Shown here piece by piece: positions 1-9,947 of a stretch of 64,000 bases of DNA. Position numbers and translations under genes: made by a program. Below the pieces are notes generated by a model that did no database searches, had not been told where the DNA came from, and worked only from the letters and a program-made list of their open reading frames with translations. Position 1 is the first letter of the stretch, and each line of letters opens with the position of its first letter. Source of the stretch: an uncultured Phycisphaerales bacterium. GTDB lineage: Bacteria; Planctomycetota; Phycisphaerae; Phycisphaerales; SM1A02. The stretch is taken from assembly GCA_938084645.1 (NCBI GenBank), contig CALKEP010000008.1:118459-182458 (forward strand). The letters run 5' to 3'.

Positions 1-594
1 CATCACAAGGCCTCCGAGATTCTCGGCGGGCTTCCGGAGGAGCGGCAGATCGAGGTCGTCCGGCGGGTCGCGAACATGGAGCAGACCAACCCCGAGGTCA
101 TCCGCGAGGTCGAACGCGGGCTGGAGGCCAGGTTGAGCAACATGATCATGCACTCCACCGAGCGGGTCGGCGGCGTCGACACCGTCGCCGAGATCCTGAA
201 CCTGTGCGATCGCAACACCGAGCGATCGATCATGGAGGGTGTGGAGTCGGAGGACCCCGATCTCGTCGAGGAGATCCGCCGGCTCATGTTCGTCTTCGAC
301 GACATCAAGCTCGTCGACGACAAGGGCATCCAGCGGATGCTGAAGGAGATCGAGAACGACGAACTCTGCCTGGCGCTGAAGATGGCGTCTCCGGAGCTCA
401 CGGAGAAGATCCTCGGAAACATGTCCAGTCGCGCGTCCGAGATGATCAAGGACGACATGGAATTCATGGGGCCCGTCCGGGTGAGCGACGTCGAGACCGC
501 GCAGCAGCGGATCGTGGACGTCGTCCGGCGGCTCGAGGACGCCGGCGAGATCGTCATCGCGGGTCGTGGTGGTGGGGGCGACGTGGTCGTCTGA
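1..594 (+). CDS. fliG: Flagellar motor switch protein FliG, C-terminal part (5' truncated by window)
   Basis: Frame open from base 1; GGVDTVAEILN, MFVFDDI, L.LALK and MGPVRVSDVETAQQRIV are FliG middle/C-domain motifs; upstream of fliH/fliI. Confidence 0.95.
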   Translation, partial: HHKASEILGGLPEERQIEVVRRVANMEQTNPEVIREVERGLEARLSNMIMHSTERVGGVDTVAEILNLCDRNTERSIMEGVESEDPDLVEEIRRLMFVFDDIKLVDDKGIQRMLKEIENDELCLALKMASPELTEKILGNMSSRASEMIKDDMEFMGPVRVSDVETAQQRIVDVVRRLEDAGEIVIAGRGGGGDVVV

Positions 595-609
595 CCCGGG
601 AGACTCTCG

Positions 610-1398
610 TTGCCGATCGTCAAGAACGCACAAGCTCGTGAACTGCTCGGATCCGCGGTCGTCCTCGACCTCGCGGACGTGCGTCGCGAAGCCGTGGAGC
701 TCGTCGCGTCGGCCCGGCTCGAAGCGGATGCGATCCTCGCGGCCGCTCGCGAGGAGGCGGCCCGTCTCGCGGGCGACGCGGCCGGGACCGGCCGCGCCGA
801 AGGACTCGAGGCGGGGCTCGCGGAAGGTCGGGAGGCGGGACTCGAAGCGGGCCGGACGGAAGGACGTGCCGAGGCCATGGCCTCGATGTCGGAACGACTG
901 GAAGCGATCGCGAGCGGCTGGAGCGAATCCCTCGAAGCATTCCTCGCAAGCCGCGACACCCTTCGCGAGGAGGCTCGTCGCGACCTGCTTCGGCTATCGA
1001 TCGCGATCGCGGAGCGGGTCTTGGGGCGACTGCCGGCCCACGATCCCGGCCGCGTCGCCGAACACGCCGCGGCGGCGATCGACATGCTCGCCGCAGCGAC
1101 CGCGATCCGCCTCCGGGTGCATCCCGAGGATCTCGAGATCGTGAAGGTCCATTTCGAGGACGTGCTCGGCATCGTGGGCGCCGGTTCGGATCACGACCTG
1201 ATCTTCGAGACGGACGCGGCGATCGTTCGCGGTGGCTGCGTGGCGGCCGCGGCGGACGGCGAGGTCGACGCGAGGCTGGATGTCCAGATGTCGCGCATCG
1301 TGAAGGGGCTCTTTCCGGAACTGCTCGAGTCACCGTCGGTGGACGACGACACCGGAGATCGCGAGCCTCCGTCGGCGACCGCGGAGGAAGGCGAATGA
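610..1398 (+). CDS. fliH: Flagellar assembly protein FliH
   Basis: AxxxG/GxxxG repeats (GRAEGLEAGLAEGREAG), VHPEDL and GGCV...GEVDA motifs; between fliG and fliI; TTG start with GGGAGA upstream. Confidence 0.9.
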   Translation: MPIVKNAQARELLGSAVVLDLADVRREAVELVASARLEADAILAAAREEAARLAGDAAGTGRAEGLEAGLAEGREAGLEAGRTEGRAEAMASMSERLEAIASGWSESLEAFLASRDTLREEARRDLLRLSIAIAERVLGRLPAHDPGRVAEHAAAAIDMLAAATAIRLRVHPEDLEIVKVHFEDVLGIVGAGSDHDLIFETDAAIVRGGCVAAAADGEVDARLDVQMSRIVKGLFPELLESPSVDDDTGDREPPSATAEEGE

Positions 1399-2753
1399 CG
1401 TTCCTCGAAGCCGCCGTCGACACGGTTCGAAGTTTCGAGTCCCGGGCGATCGTCGGGACCGTGGACGCGGTCCGCGGCCTCACGGTCCTGGTCCGCCGCT
1501 TTCGCGTGCCGATCGGCTCCGTGGTTCGCATCGGTGGTGACGACCCGCGACGGGAGGGCGTGCTCGGCGAGGTCGTCGGCTTCGACGAGACCCGGGCGAT
1601 CGTGATGCTCCTTGGTGGAGCGACGGGCACGTCGCCGGGGGACCGGGTGCATCTCGAACGGGTGAGCGACTCGATGATGGTGGGGGATGCGCTGCTCGGC
1701 CGGGTCGTCGACGGGCTCGGGAATCCCATCGACGGTGGCCCGCCGCCGTCGGGACTGAACCCGCGGCCGCTCTTCCCGCCGATTCTCAATCCGATGGCAC
1801 GAGGCATGATCTCGGAGCCGCTCGGCACCGGCCTGCGGGCGCTCGACGGACTTCTGACCATCGGGAAAGGCCAGCGGATCGGCATCTTTTCCGGGGCGGG
1901 GGTGGGCAAGAGCACGCTGCTGTCGGGAATCGCCCGGGGGACGAGTGCCGATGTGAACGTGATCGCCCTCGTCGGGGAACGTGGTCGCGAGGTCAAGGAG
2001 TTCATCGTCGACGCGCTGGGTGGCGAGGGGCTCGCCCGCTCCGTCGTCGTCGTCGCGACGGGCGACGAGAGTCCGTTGCTTCGAGTGCGGGCGATGGCCG
2101 CCGCGATCACCGCCGCGGAGCACTTCCGTGATCGCGGACTCGACGTGATGCTGATGGTCGATTCGGTGACGCGGTTCGCACAGGCCCAGCGTCAGATCGG
2201 CCTCGCCGCCGGCGAGCAGCCGGCCACCAAGGGCTACACGCCTTCGGTGTTCTCGCTGCTGCCGCAACTCCTCGAACGGGCGGGCGGCATCGACGGCGCC
2301 GGCTCGATCACCGGGATCTACACCGTGCTGGTGGAAGGCGACGACCTCAACGAGCCGGTGGCGGACGCCGCCCGCGGCATTCTCGACGGGCACGTAGTGC
2401 TCAGCCGGCGGCTCGCCGCCCGCGGTCACTTCCCCGCCATCGAGCCGCTCGACTCCATCTCCCGGGTCGCGGACCAGGTGAGCGAACCGAACCACGAGGT
2501 CGCGCGGCGGCGGGTGATCGAACTGCTTGCGGCCTACCGCGAGAGCGAGGAGTTGATCAACATCGGCGCCTACGCGAAGGGGTCGAATCCGATGACCGAC
2601 GTGGCGATCGCCCTTCGTCCGCGGCTGGATGCCTTTCTCCGGCAGGAACGGGACGAACGATCGGCCTTTCCCGACACCTGCCGGGCGTTGTACGAACTCG
2701 CCGCCGAGAGCGAGCGGCTCCGACAGGCGGCCACCGCCGCGACCGCGTCCTGA
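1395..2753 (+). CDS. fliI: Flagellar export ATPase FliI
   Basis: Walker A GAGVGKST, GERGREV, DSVTRFAQAQR, ILDGHVVLSR; ATGA overlap with fliH. Confidence 0.95.
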   Translation: MTFLEAAVDTVRSFESRAIVGTVDAVRGLTVLVRRFRVPIGSVVRIGGDDPRREGVLGEVVGFDETRAIVMLLGGATGTSPGDRVHLERVSDSMMVGDALLGRVVDGLGNPIDGGPPPSGLNPRPLFPPILNPMARGMISEPLGTGLRALDGLLTIGKGQRIGIFSGAGVGKSTLLSGIARGTSADVNVIALVGERGREVKEFIVDALGGEGLARSVVVVATGDESPLLRVRAMAAAITAAEHFRDRGLDVMLMVDSVTRFAQAQRQIGLAAGEQPATKGYTPSVFSLLPQLLERAGGIDGAGSITGIYTVLVEGDDLNEPVADAARGILDGHVVLSRRLAARGHFPAIEPLDSISRVADQVSEPNHEVARRRVIELLAAYRESEELINIGAYAKGSNPMTDVAIALRPRLDAFLRQERDERSAFPDTCRALYELAAESERLRQAATAATAS

Positions 2754-2770
2754 TCAGAGGTACCTCGTCC

Positions 2771-3226
2771 ATGCCCCGATTCCGCTTCCAACTGCAGGCC
2801 GTGCTCGACGCCAGGCTTCGCGCCGAACGGGAGGAACGACGTCGCGTGGCGGAGCTGGAGGCGTCGCGACGTCTTCTGGAGGACGGGCTGCGGCGACGCC
2901 AGTCCCAGATCGGCGAATCGAGGTCCCAGCTTCGAGGCCGGTTGGAAGGGCGAATCGACGCTTCAAGTCTCCGTGGTCAGGCCAATGCTTCGCTCGCCGA
3001 GATGCGGGACGCCCAGCGGGTGGTCCTCGAACTGGCGGGGATCCATCGGCGGCTGGAGGCGCTTCGCGAGGATCTGCGGAAGGCCTCCCGGGCGCGACGC
3101 GCCGTCGAGATCCTCAAGGAACGTCGATTCGAGGCGTGGCGACGCGAAGAGGATCGCCGTGAGCAGGCCGAATTCGATGAAATGGCCGTGATCCGCGGAT
3201 CACGACGACAGGTGGAGGCACGCTGA
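2771..3226 (+). CDS. fliJ: Flagellar export protein FliJ
   Basis: N-terminal FRFQLQAVL, coiled coil, C-terminal EQAEFDE; directly after fliI. Confidence 0.88.
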   Translation: MPRFRFQLQAVLDARLRAEREERRRVAELEASRRLLEDGLRRRQSQIGESRSQLRGRLEGRIDASSLRGQANASLAEMRDAQRVVLELAGIHRRLEALREDLRKASRARRAVEILKERRFEAWRREEDRREQAEFDEMAVIRGSRRQVEAR

Positions 3227-3987
3227 TGCGAACGATCTGGAACATGGTGGCCTTTCTCGCCGTGGTGAATCTCCTTGCGATCGGACTCGCGGTCGGGTGG
3301 CTGGGTTGGACGGGACGTCTCGATCGCGCTCGAGTCGACGAGGTTCGCGAACTCTTCAGGATTCCGACCTCGGAAGCCGCGCGACTCGTCAGTGAGCGAG
3401 CCGCGTTCGAGGCGCAGGCCGCGGAGGAGGCGATCGAACTCGAACGCTGGGGGCAGATGCCCTTCTCGACGGAAGGAGCGATCGACGCGCAGGAGCAGTA
3501 CCGCGAACTCGAGCGACTCGGACAGGCACGCCTGCAGCGTCAGGCCGAGACGCTCAAGCGGGAGATCGATCAACAGGCGTCCCAGTACGACCGGATCCTC
3601 GTGGCGAAGTCCGCGGCACTCGACGCGCGGGAGGCGAGGATCGCCACGATGGAAGCGAGGTCCCGGGATGCCGAGTTCGTCCGACTGGTGGGTGATGTCG
3701 GGGCGATCGAGATCGATTCGGCGATCGCGGTGGTCGAGGACTTCCTCGCCAGGGACGAGGAGGTCCTCGTGGTCGACCTGCTCGCGGCGGTCGACGAGGA
3801 GCGCCGACAGGAGATCCTCGAAGGCTTCGTCGAACGGGGCAAGACCGCGATGGCAGGGGACTTGCTCTTGAAACTCCGAGATCGAACCGCGATCGACGCG
3901 GTGGATCCGGAGAACCCCGATGCAGGCGATGCCGATTCAACCCGCGATTCAGCCTCCAACGCCCCGAGAGGCGGATTCCAGGCCTGA
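3226..3987 (+). CDS. Membrane-anchored coiled-coil flagellar operon protein (MotE/FlbB/YlxF-like position)
   Basis: N-terminal TM helix, coiled coil and helical C-domain; lies between fliJ and fliK; 1-nt overlap with fliJ stop. Confidence 0.6.
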   Translation: MRTIWNMVAFLAVVNLLAIGLAVGWLGWTGRLDRARVDEVRELFRIPTSEAARLVSERAAFEAQAAEEAIELERWGQMPFSTEGAIDAQEQYRELERLGQARLQRQAETLKREIDQQASQYDRILVAKSAALDAREARIATMEARSRDAEFVRLVGDVGAIEIDSAIAVVEDFLARDEEVLVVDLLAAVDEERRQEILEGFVERGKTAMAGDLLLKLRDRTAIDAVDPENPDAGDADSTRDSASNAPRGGFQA

Positions 3988-5497
3988 CCAGCCGCCGTTC
4001 GCGGGGACCCTCGAGGACGCCTCGCGGTCCTTCTCCCCGGGGCGCGAAGATGGCATGCGGCGCGAAACCGGCGCGAGCGAGTCCGCGGATCCTGCGCCCC
4101 CGGCGACCGTCGGACCCGCCGAGCCCTCGACACGACCGACCGACGACGCCGACGGCGATGCCGTCCGAAACGACGACCGTGACCCCGTGAACGTCGACGC
4201 GCCATCGAGTGCGCCGGGGGACGCGGCCGATGAGTCGGATCAGGCGCACGCCGGCGTGAACACTCCCGCCGCGTCGATGGGATCCGGCGATCCCGGGCCG
4301 TTCGTGGAGAAGGGGACTCCGGCCGGCGCCGTGACCACCTTCGAGGGCATCGGAGATCGTGGCGATGCCGCGGTCGCCAGCGGGGACGGCTCGACGCGTC
4401 TCCGCGGAACCGGAGCCCCGGGTGTGGATGCCGGGCGCGGAACGTCGCCGCAGGCGGCCATCCCGACCCACCTCGACTCCAATGCCGATCCGTCGACGTC
4501 CACGGCGACTTCCGGGCAGGGCCTGGTCACCGCGACCGCCGCGGCGTCCGCGACCAACGGCGTTCGAACCACGAGCGACCGACGACTCACCGCAGGGATC
4601 GCATCGGGTGGATCGACCCCCGCCGCGACCTCCACCACCACCTCGACCCCGACCTCCATGGTCGATGGGGCGAAGGCGATTCCCGATGGCATGCGTGGGG
4701 TCGATCCGGCGGTGGTGAACGACCTCGGCCCGCGATCAAAGGGATCCGCCACTGAGGAGAAGCCCACGCGGCCGCGGGGAGCCAGCGCCGTGGTCCGCGC
4801 GGCCGAGATGAACACGGAACTTCGAAACGCCCGAGCCGAGGGTGATGCGAGCCAGGGCTCGAGGCCGGGCCAATCGCAGGGATCGACGGGCTTCGCCGCG
4901 GCCGGTTCGATGTCGGTCGCCGCCGCGAGCTCCGGGCCGGCATCGCCCGGACCGGAAGCGCAGTCCCTGCCGAACGGACCGGCGTCGGTTGCGCCGATGG
5001 AGGCAGGAGCGGAGTCTGGACGCACCGTCGCCGGGGTGGCGCGGGGCCTTCAAGCGCTGAGCTCGCAGCGGGGTGGAACCCTCGTGATGCGGCTGGATCC
5101 GGGAAATCTCGGTCAGGTGCGAATGGAAATGAGCCTCGACGCCGGCCGGGTGCAGGTGGTCATCGCGGCCGCCGGGGATGCGGCACGCGGGTTGCTTCGT
5201 GAGAACCTGGGTGTGTTGCGACACGCCCTCGAGGATCGCGGCTTCGCGGTCGAGCGACTCACGGTCGAGTCGACGGCCCGCACCACCGCGGACTCGTCGG
5301 GGCCTCGCGGGGATTCCCGCGGCGACGGGCAGGATGCCCGCGGAGGCCAGGGATCGTCCGATCGGCAGGATGCCTCGGACGAGCGAAGTCGGGGACGACG
5401 CGACGACGCGACGCACCGACGATCGGAACGGGGCCGGTCCGATTCGGACCGCTTCGATGAGGTGCTCGCCGGGTCCGGCGGCACTTCGAGCGAGTGA
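3920..5497 (+). CDS. fliK: Flagellar hook-length control protein FliK
   Basis: Long disordered A/T/S/P/G region, then MRLDPGNLGQVRMEM...LRHALEDRGFAVERL (FliK C domain); precedes flgD; GGAG 7 nt before ATG. Confidence 0.88.
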   Translation: MQAMPIQPAIQPPTPREADSRPDQPPFAGTLEDASRSFSPGREDGMRRETGASESADPAPPATVGPAEPSTRPTDDADGDAVRNDDRDPVNVDAPSSAPGDAADESDQAHAGVNTPAASMGSGDPGPFVEKGTPAGAVTTFEGIGDRGDAAVASGDGSTRLRGTGAPGVDAGRGTSPQAAIPTHLDSNADPSTSTATSGQGLVTATAAASATNGVRTTSDRRLTAGIASGGSTPAATSTTTSTPTSMVDGAKAIPDGMRGVDPAVVNDLGPRSKGSATEEKPTRPRGASAVVRAAEMNTELRNARAEGDASQGSRPGQSQGSTGFAAAGSMSVAAASSGPASPGPEAQSLPNGPASVAPMEAGAESGRTVAGVARGLQALSSQRGGTLVMRLDPGNLGQVRMEMSLDAGRVQVVIAAAGDAARGLLRENLGVLRHALEDRGFAVERLTVESTARTTADSSGPRGDSRGDGQDARGGQGSSDRQDASDERSRGRRDDATHRRSERGRSDSDRFDEVLAGSGGTSSE

Positions 5498-5515
5498 GTC
5501 ACGGAGGTTTCTTCC

Positions 5516-5935
5516 ATGAGTGCGATTCCATCGGCAGCATCGAGCGTGGCGGGCAACTCCGGCGTCAATCGATTCAACGAGATGTCCTCCGAGGACTTCA
5601 TGCAGATCATCTTCACGGAACTGCAGCAGCAGGATCCGTTCGAGCCCAACGACTCCTCCGCGCTGCTCGATCAGTTGAATTCGATCCGCCAGATCGAATC
5701 CGACATCTCGATGACCGAGAAGCTCGAGAACATCGTCTTCCAGAACCAGCTCTCCTCCGCGGGCAATCTGCTCGGCAAGACCGTCCAGGGCATCCTGCCC
5801 ACCGGCGATCGAACCGCGGGTTCGGTGCTCTCCGTGCTGCGTGAGGGCGACACCGTGTCGCTCGAACTGAGCAGCGGCTACCTCCTGCCCATGGACAACG
5901 TCGAGATCATCGTCGACCCCAGCACGCTTCCCTGA
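5516..5935 (+). CDS. flgD: Flagellar hook capping protein FlgD
   Basis: DFMQIIFTELQQQDPFEP motif, LLGKTV; SD GGAGG. Confidence 0.92.
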   Translation: MSAIPSAASSVAGNSGVNRFNEMSSEDFMQIIFTELQQQDPFEPNDSSALLDQLNSIRQIESDISMTEKLENIVFQNQLSSAGNLLGKTVQGILPTGDRTAGSVLSVLREGDTVSLELSSGYLLPMDNVEIIVDPSTLP

Positions 5936-5999
5936 TCATCGTTCGATCCGCGCTCGATCCGTTCTCACCCCGCCTCGGGACCCATCCGGAAACCCGCAC

Positions 6000-6524
6000 G
6001 TGAACATCGATCCCCGACAACTTCTCCGACGACTGGAACCGGCGGTCCGACCCGCCGGGAACGTCTCGTCGGCGGAGGGCCGGGCGTCGGTCGACACCGC
6101 GGGCTTCGACGATCTCCTCGCCCGCGCCGCCGACGGCGAGTTCGCGAGCGGTCGTTCGATCGACCAGGCGGGGCTCGACGAGCCGGTCGAGGAAGGGTTC
6201 GCCGAGCGGCTCGCCGGCATCGCCGACGCCGCGGAGGCCGCGGGCTACCAGCGGGTACTCGTGATCGCCGAGGACCGACCGCTCCTGCTCGAGGTCGCGG
6301 AACGCCGGATCGACGGCGAGCTCGCCGCCGACGACGCATCCTTCACGCCGCTGCTTCCGATCGACGCCGCGGTCCGACTCGGCGGCGACGCCGAGGTCAC
6401 GCCCACGACCGCCACCGGGCCGGTCGCCACCAGTCTTCCCCCCGGGATCGTCGAGGCGCTCGAACGCGGCTCCAGCGGTCCGGAATCCGAATCACCGTCC
6501 ATCACACGCGACGACGCGGCCTGA
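6000..6524 (+). CDS. Putative flagellar operon protein (TIGR02530-like)
   Basis: Between flgD and flgE; segment ERLAGIADAAEAAGYQRVLVIAEDRPLLLEVAERRI resembles this family. Confidence 0.55.
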   Translation: MNIDPRQLLRRLEPAVRPAGNVSSAEGRASVDTAGFDDLLARAADGEFASGRSIDQAGLDEPVEEGFAERLAGIADAAEAAGYQRVLVIAEDRPLLLEVAERRIDGELAADDASFTPLLPIDAAVRLGGDAEVTPTTATGPVATSLPPGIVEALERGSSGPESESPSITRDDAA

Positions 6525-6551
6525 GCCGCCGAGCGAGTCCAGGAGTCCGAC

Positions 6552-8291
6552 ATGGCATCCACCACCGCACTCTTCACCGGTCTTTCCGGTCTCACCAGCA
6601 ACTCGCGTCGTCTCGACGTGATCGGCAACAACATCGCCAACGTCAACACGACGGCCTACAAGTCGAATCGCATGACGTTCGCGCCGACCTTCAGTCGCAA
6701 CTTCTCGCTCGGCACCGCGCCGGGCGACGCGACCGGTGGCAGCAACCCCGGCCAGATCGGCCTCGGCGTCACCATCGGCGGCACCCAGCGCAACTTCACC
6801 AACGGTGCGATCGGAGTCACCGGCGTGGCGACCGATCTCGCGATCGAGGGTGACGGCTTCTTCATCGTGAACCAGGCGGGTTCGCGGTACTTCACCCGGT
6901 CGGGCGGCTTCATCCGAAACCCCGAGAACGATCTGATGACCCAGTCCGGGGCGAAGGTCATGGGCTACGAGGTCGACGACCAGTTCAACATCGTCGAGGG
7001 CAACCTCGCGGAACTGAACATCCCGGTGGGAACGCTGACCCTCGCCGAGCAGACCAGCAACGTGATCTTCAACGGCAACCTGAACGCGTCCGGCGAGATC
7101 GCCACCACCGGTTCGGTGCACGAGTCCCGAGCGTTCTACACCGATGCCGGCGGCACCACCCCGGTCGACGCGTCGACCCAGTTCGGTGTCCAGGACATCT
7201 ACGTGAGCGACGGGGCGGGCGGCTTCACCCTCGCCTTCGAAGCGGCTTCGGTGGTCGGCAGCACGATCACCATCGCCGGGGTCGAGAAGGGCGGCAAGGA
7301 TCTGGGATCCGCCAGCTTCGAGATCACCAGCCTCGCGACGACCTTCGGCGACTACGTCGACTTCCTCGACGAGTACCTCGGCACCGACTCCACCGCGATC
7401 GGCAGTGTCAGCGATCTCGGTGGCTCGGTCGTGATCGGCGCAGACGGTTCGATCGTGATCACCGGCAACGAAGGCACGGTGCAGGATCTCGACATCGAGA
7501 CCGGTGACATCACCATCGACACCCCGGGTGCCGGGCTCGCCAACCCCCTCGTGATGTCCAAGATCTCCGACGCGGAGGGCGAGAGCGTCCGGACGAGCTT
7601 CGTGGTCTACGACTCGCTGGGCACGCCGCTCACCATCGATCTCTCCTTCGTGCTGCAGGGCACCCAGGCCTCCGGTGGCACGACCTGGGAGTTCGTCGCC
7701 GAGTCCAGCGACAACGACGCCGCCGACCGCCTCCTCGCCCTCGGCGAGGTCAGCTTCGATGCGAACGGTCGATTCGTCGGTGCGACCAACCAGAGCTTCT
7801 CGATCCAGCGGGCGAACGGTGCGGTCAACCCGCTCACCGTCAACATGGACTTCGACAGCGGCACCGACTCGGTGTCGAGCTTCACCGACAGCGCGAGCAA
7901 CTTCGCGGCCGTCTATCAGGACGGCTCGCCGATCGGGACCCTCGGTTCGTTCTCCATCGGCGAGGACGGGATGATCTCCGGTTCCTTCACCAACGGGCTC
8001 ACCCGCACCATCGGTCAGGTCGCGCTCGCCAAGTTCTCCAACCCGGAAGGACTGGTCGACGTCGGCGACAACCTCTTCGGCAGCGGCCCGAACTCGGGCA
8101 CGCCGCTGATCGCGACCGCCCGGGAGTTCGGCACCGGCCGGATCGTGGGGGGCGCCCTCGAACTCTCCAACGTGGACCTCTCGCAGGAGTTCATCGACAT
8201 GATCCTCGCGTCGACCGGCTATTCGGCCGCAAGTCGGGTGATCACGACGACCGATGAACTGATGACGCAGCTGCTCGCCCTCGGTCGTTGA
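6552..8291 (+). CDS. flgE: Flagellar hook protein FlgE
   Basis: GLSGL...IGNNIANVNT, DLAIEGDGFF, LELSNVDLSQEF; SD AGGAG. Confidence 0.95.
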   Translation: MASTTALFTGLSGLTSNSRRLDVIGNNIANVNTTAYKSNRMTFAPTFSRNFSLGTAPGDATGGSNPGQIGLGVTIGGTQRNFTNGAIGVTGVATDLAIEGDGFFIVNQAGSRYFTRSGGFIRNPENDLMTQSGAKVMGYEVDDQFNIVEGNLAELNIPVGTLTLAEQTSNVIFNGNLNASGEIATTGSVHESRAFYTDAGGTTPVDASTQFGVQDIYVSDGAGGFTLAFEAASVVGSTITIAGVEKGGKDLGSASFEITSLATTFGDYVDFLDEYLGTDSTAIGSVSDLGGSVVIGADGSIVITGNEGTVQDLDIETGDITIDTPGAGLANPLVMSKISDAEGESVRTSFVVYDSLGTPLTIDLSFVLQGTQASGGTTWEFVAESSDNDAADRLLALGEVSFDANGRFVGATNQSFSIQRANGAVNPLTVNMDFDSGTDSVSSFTDSASNFAAVYQDGSPIGTLGSFSIGEDGMISGSFTNGLTRTIGQVALAKFSNPEGLVDVGDNLFGSGPNSGTPLIATAREFGTGRIVGGALELSNVDLSQEFIDMILASTGYSAASRVITTTDELMTQLLALGR

Positions 8292-8308
8292 CGATCGAAG
8301 GGCCGAGT

Positions 8309-8390
8309 CGCTCGAAGACGACGAGCCCACCGCGGTCGCGGGCGCCCGAGGGGACGCCTTCGGCCGCGGTTCGTCTTTCCCGGGCGAGCG
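8309..8390 (+). terminator. Long rod-like hairpin after flgE (terminator or 3' stabiliser)
   Basis: Nested pairings cgctcg/cgagcg, aagacga/tcgtctt, accgcggtcg/cggccgcggt, ggcg/cgcc; weak U tract. Confidence 0.5.
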
Positions 8391-8412
8391 GTTCGAATAG
8401 CATGGAGCGACG

Positions 8413-9933
8413 ATGAAGCGGAAACCCACCAGCAGACCCGGCAACCGCGTTGCGCGGCCGGGGGTGCCGGATCCGAATCTCCAGCGAGCCACCGAGCTCT
8501 TCCACGCCGGTCGAACGGTGGAGGCGGCGCGACTCGTGGACGCGGCGGTGGCGCGGAACCCGAAGGATCCGAACGCACTGCGGATCAAGGCGTTGATCCT
8601 CCTGAAGGGGGGGCTGATGCTCGATGCCCAGCGGATCCTCGACCGTGCGCACAAGGCCGATCCCCGGAATCCCATGATCCCGCTCGACCAGGCGGTGATT
8701 CACAAGCTCGGTGGCCGGTACCCGGAGATGATCGAATCGGCGCGTGAGGCGTGCCGGCGCATGCCCGGGAATCGTCGCGCCGAGGCGATGCTCGTACAGG
8801 CCTTCGAGGGCGCCGGCGATCATGATCGGGCGATCGAGTTCGTCGAGCGGACGATCGCGAAGCGGGGACTCGATCCGGAGATGGGCGAGTCGTATGCGAA
8901 CGTCCTCGAGCTCGCGGGGCGGCGCGAGGATGCCCTGGTGGTCGCGGATCGTCTGTTGGGCGCATCGTCGACGCCTCCGCCGGTCCGCCGTCGGCTGCTG
9001 CTTCATCGGGGCCGCATGCTGGAGAAGCTGGGACGGATCGACGAGGCGATGGACGCCTACGACGCGGCGCACGCGGTCCTGCCGGTCGAGTTCGACCCCG
9101 ACGCCTGGGATCGACGGCTCGACGAGATCATCGCCGCCACCGAACGGATCGACGCCGGAGTCGAACCCACTTCCGCGGAAGCGACCGAGGTTCCCGTGTT
9201 CATCGCGTCGCTTCCACGAAGCGGAACCTCGCTGGTGGAACGGATCATCGGCGTCCATCCCCAGGCGCACGGCGCCGGGGAGACCGGTCTCGTGGGTGAC
9301 GTGCTTCGCGGGTTTCGCGACGAGATCGAAGGAAACGGATCCGAGGGGCTCGCGGGCGCGTCGCCCGAACTGCTCGAGCGGATGCGTTCGGACTATCTCG
9401 AGCGACAGACCGCGTTGTTCGGTCGGTCCGATCGGATCGTCAACAAGCACCTCTCGAACTGGCAGCATCTGCCGGTCATCGGTCGGTGGTTCCCGAGCGC
9501 CCGCATCATCACGCTCGATCGCGAGCCCGGGGACGTGGCGATCTCGATCTACGGCCAGAATCTCGCGCACGACCGCATGCCCTGGACCACGCGTCTCGAC
9601 TGGATCGGTCGGATGATCCGAAGCCAGGCGCGATTCACGGACGCGCTGCGCGAGCGGTTGCCGAACCCGTGGTTCGAGGTCGACTACACGGCTCTGGTGA
9701 CCGAGCCGGAGCCCCGGATCCGCGAACTGATCGAGTTTCTCGGGCTTCCATGGGATCCACGTTGCCTGGAGCCGCATCGTTCCGAGGAGGGTCGAGGTGG
9801 CCGCCGCTTCATGCCGACGCTGTCGATGCATCAGGTCCGGCAGCCGATCGGCCGCGGTGGTCTCGACCGGGCGAAGGCGTTCGGGGATCGGATGGCGGCG
9901 TTCGAACGAGGCTACGAGGCCGGCGGGCGCTGA
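8413..9933 (+). CDS. TPR-repeat sulfotransferase
   Basis: N-terminal TPR helices; PAPS-binding motif VFIASLPRSGTSL; RELIEFLGLPWDPRCL, T.S..QVRQPI. Confidence 0.85.
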   Translation: MKRKPTSRPGNRVARPGVPDPNLQRATELFHAGRTVEAARLVDAAVARNPKDPNALRIKALILLKGGLMLDAQRILDRAHKADPRNPMIPLDQAVIHKLGGRYPEMIESAREACRRMPGNRRAEAMLVQAFEGAGDHDRAIEFVERTIAKRGLDPEMGESYANVLELAGRREDALVVADRLLGASSTPPPVRRRLLLHRGRMLEKLGRIDEAMDAYDAAHAVLPVEFDPDAWDRRLDEIIAATERIDAGVEPTSAEATEVPVFIASLPRSGTSLVERIIGVHPQAHGAGETGLVGDVLRGFRDEIEGNGSEGLAGASPELLERMRSDYLERQTALFGRSDRIVNKHLSNWQHLPVIGRWFPSARIITLDREPGDVAISIYGQNLAHDRMPWTTRLDWIGRMIRSQARFTDALRERLPNPWFEVDYTALVTEPEPRIRELIEFLGLPWDPRCLEPHRSEEGRGGRRFMPTLSMHQVRQPIGRGGLDRAKAFGDRMAAFERGYEAGGR

Positions 9934-9947
9934 TTCCGGGTACGTGC

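Noticed and set aside
780..880. Short 12-nt-period repeats in fliH and RCC1 repeats at 16300-17030 as possible CRISPR or DNA repeats
   Set aside because: Degenerate protein-level repeats inside genes; no identical repeat-spacer array
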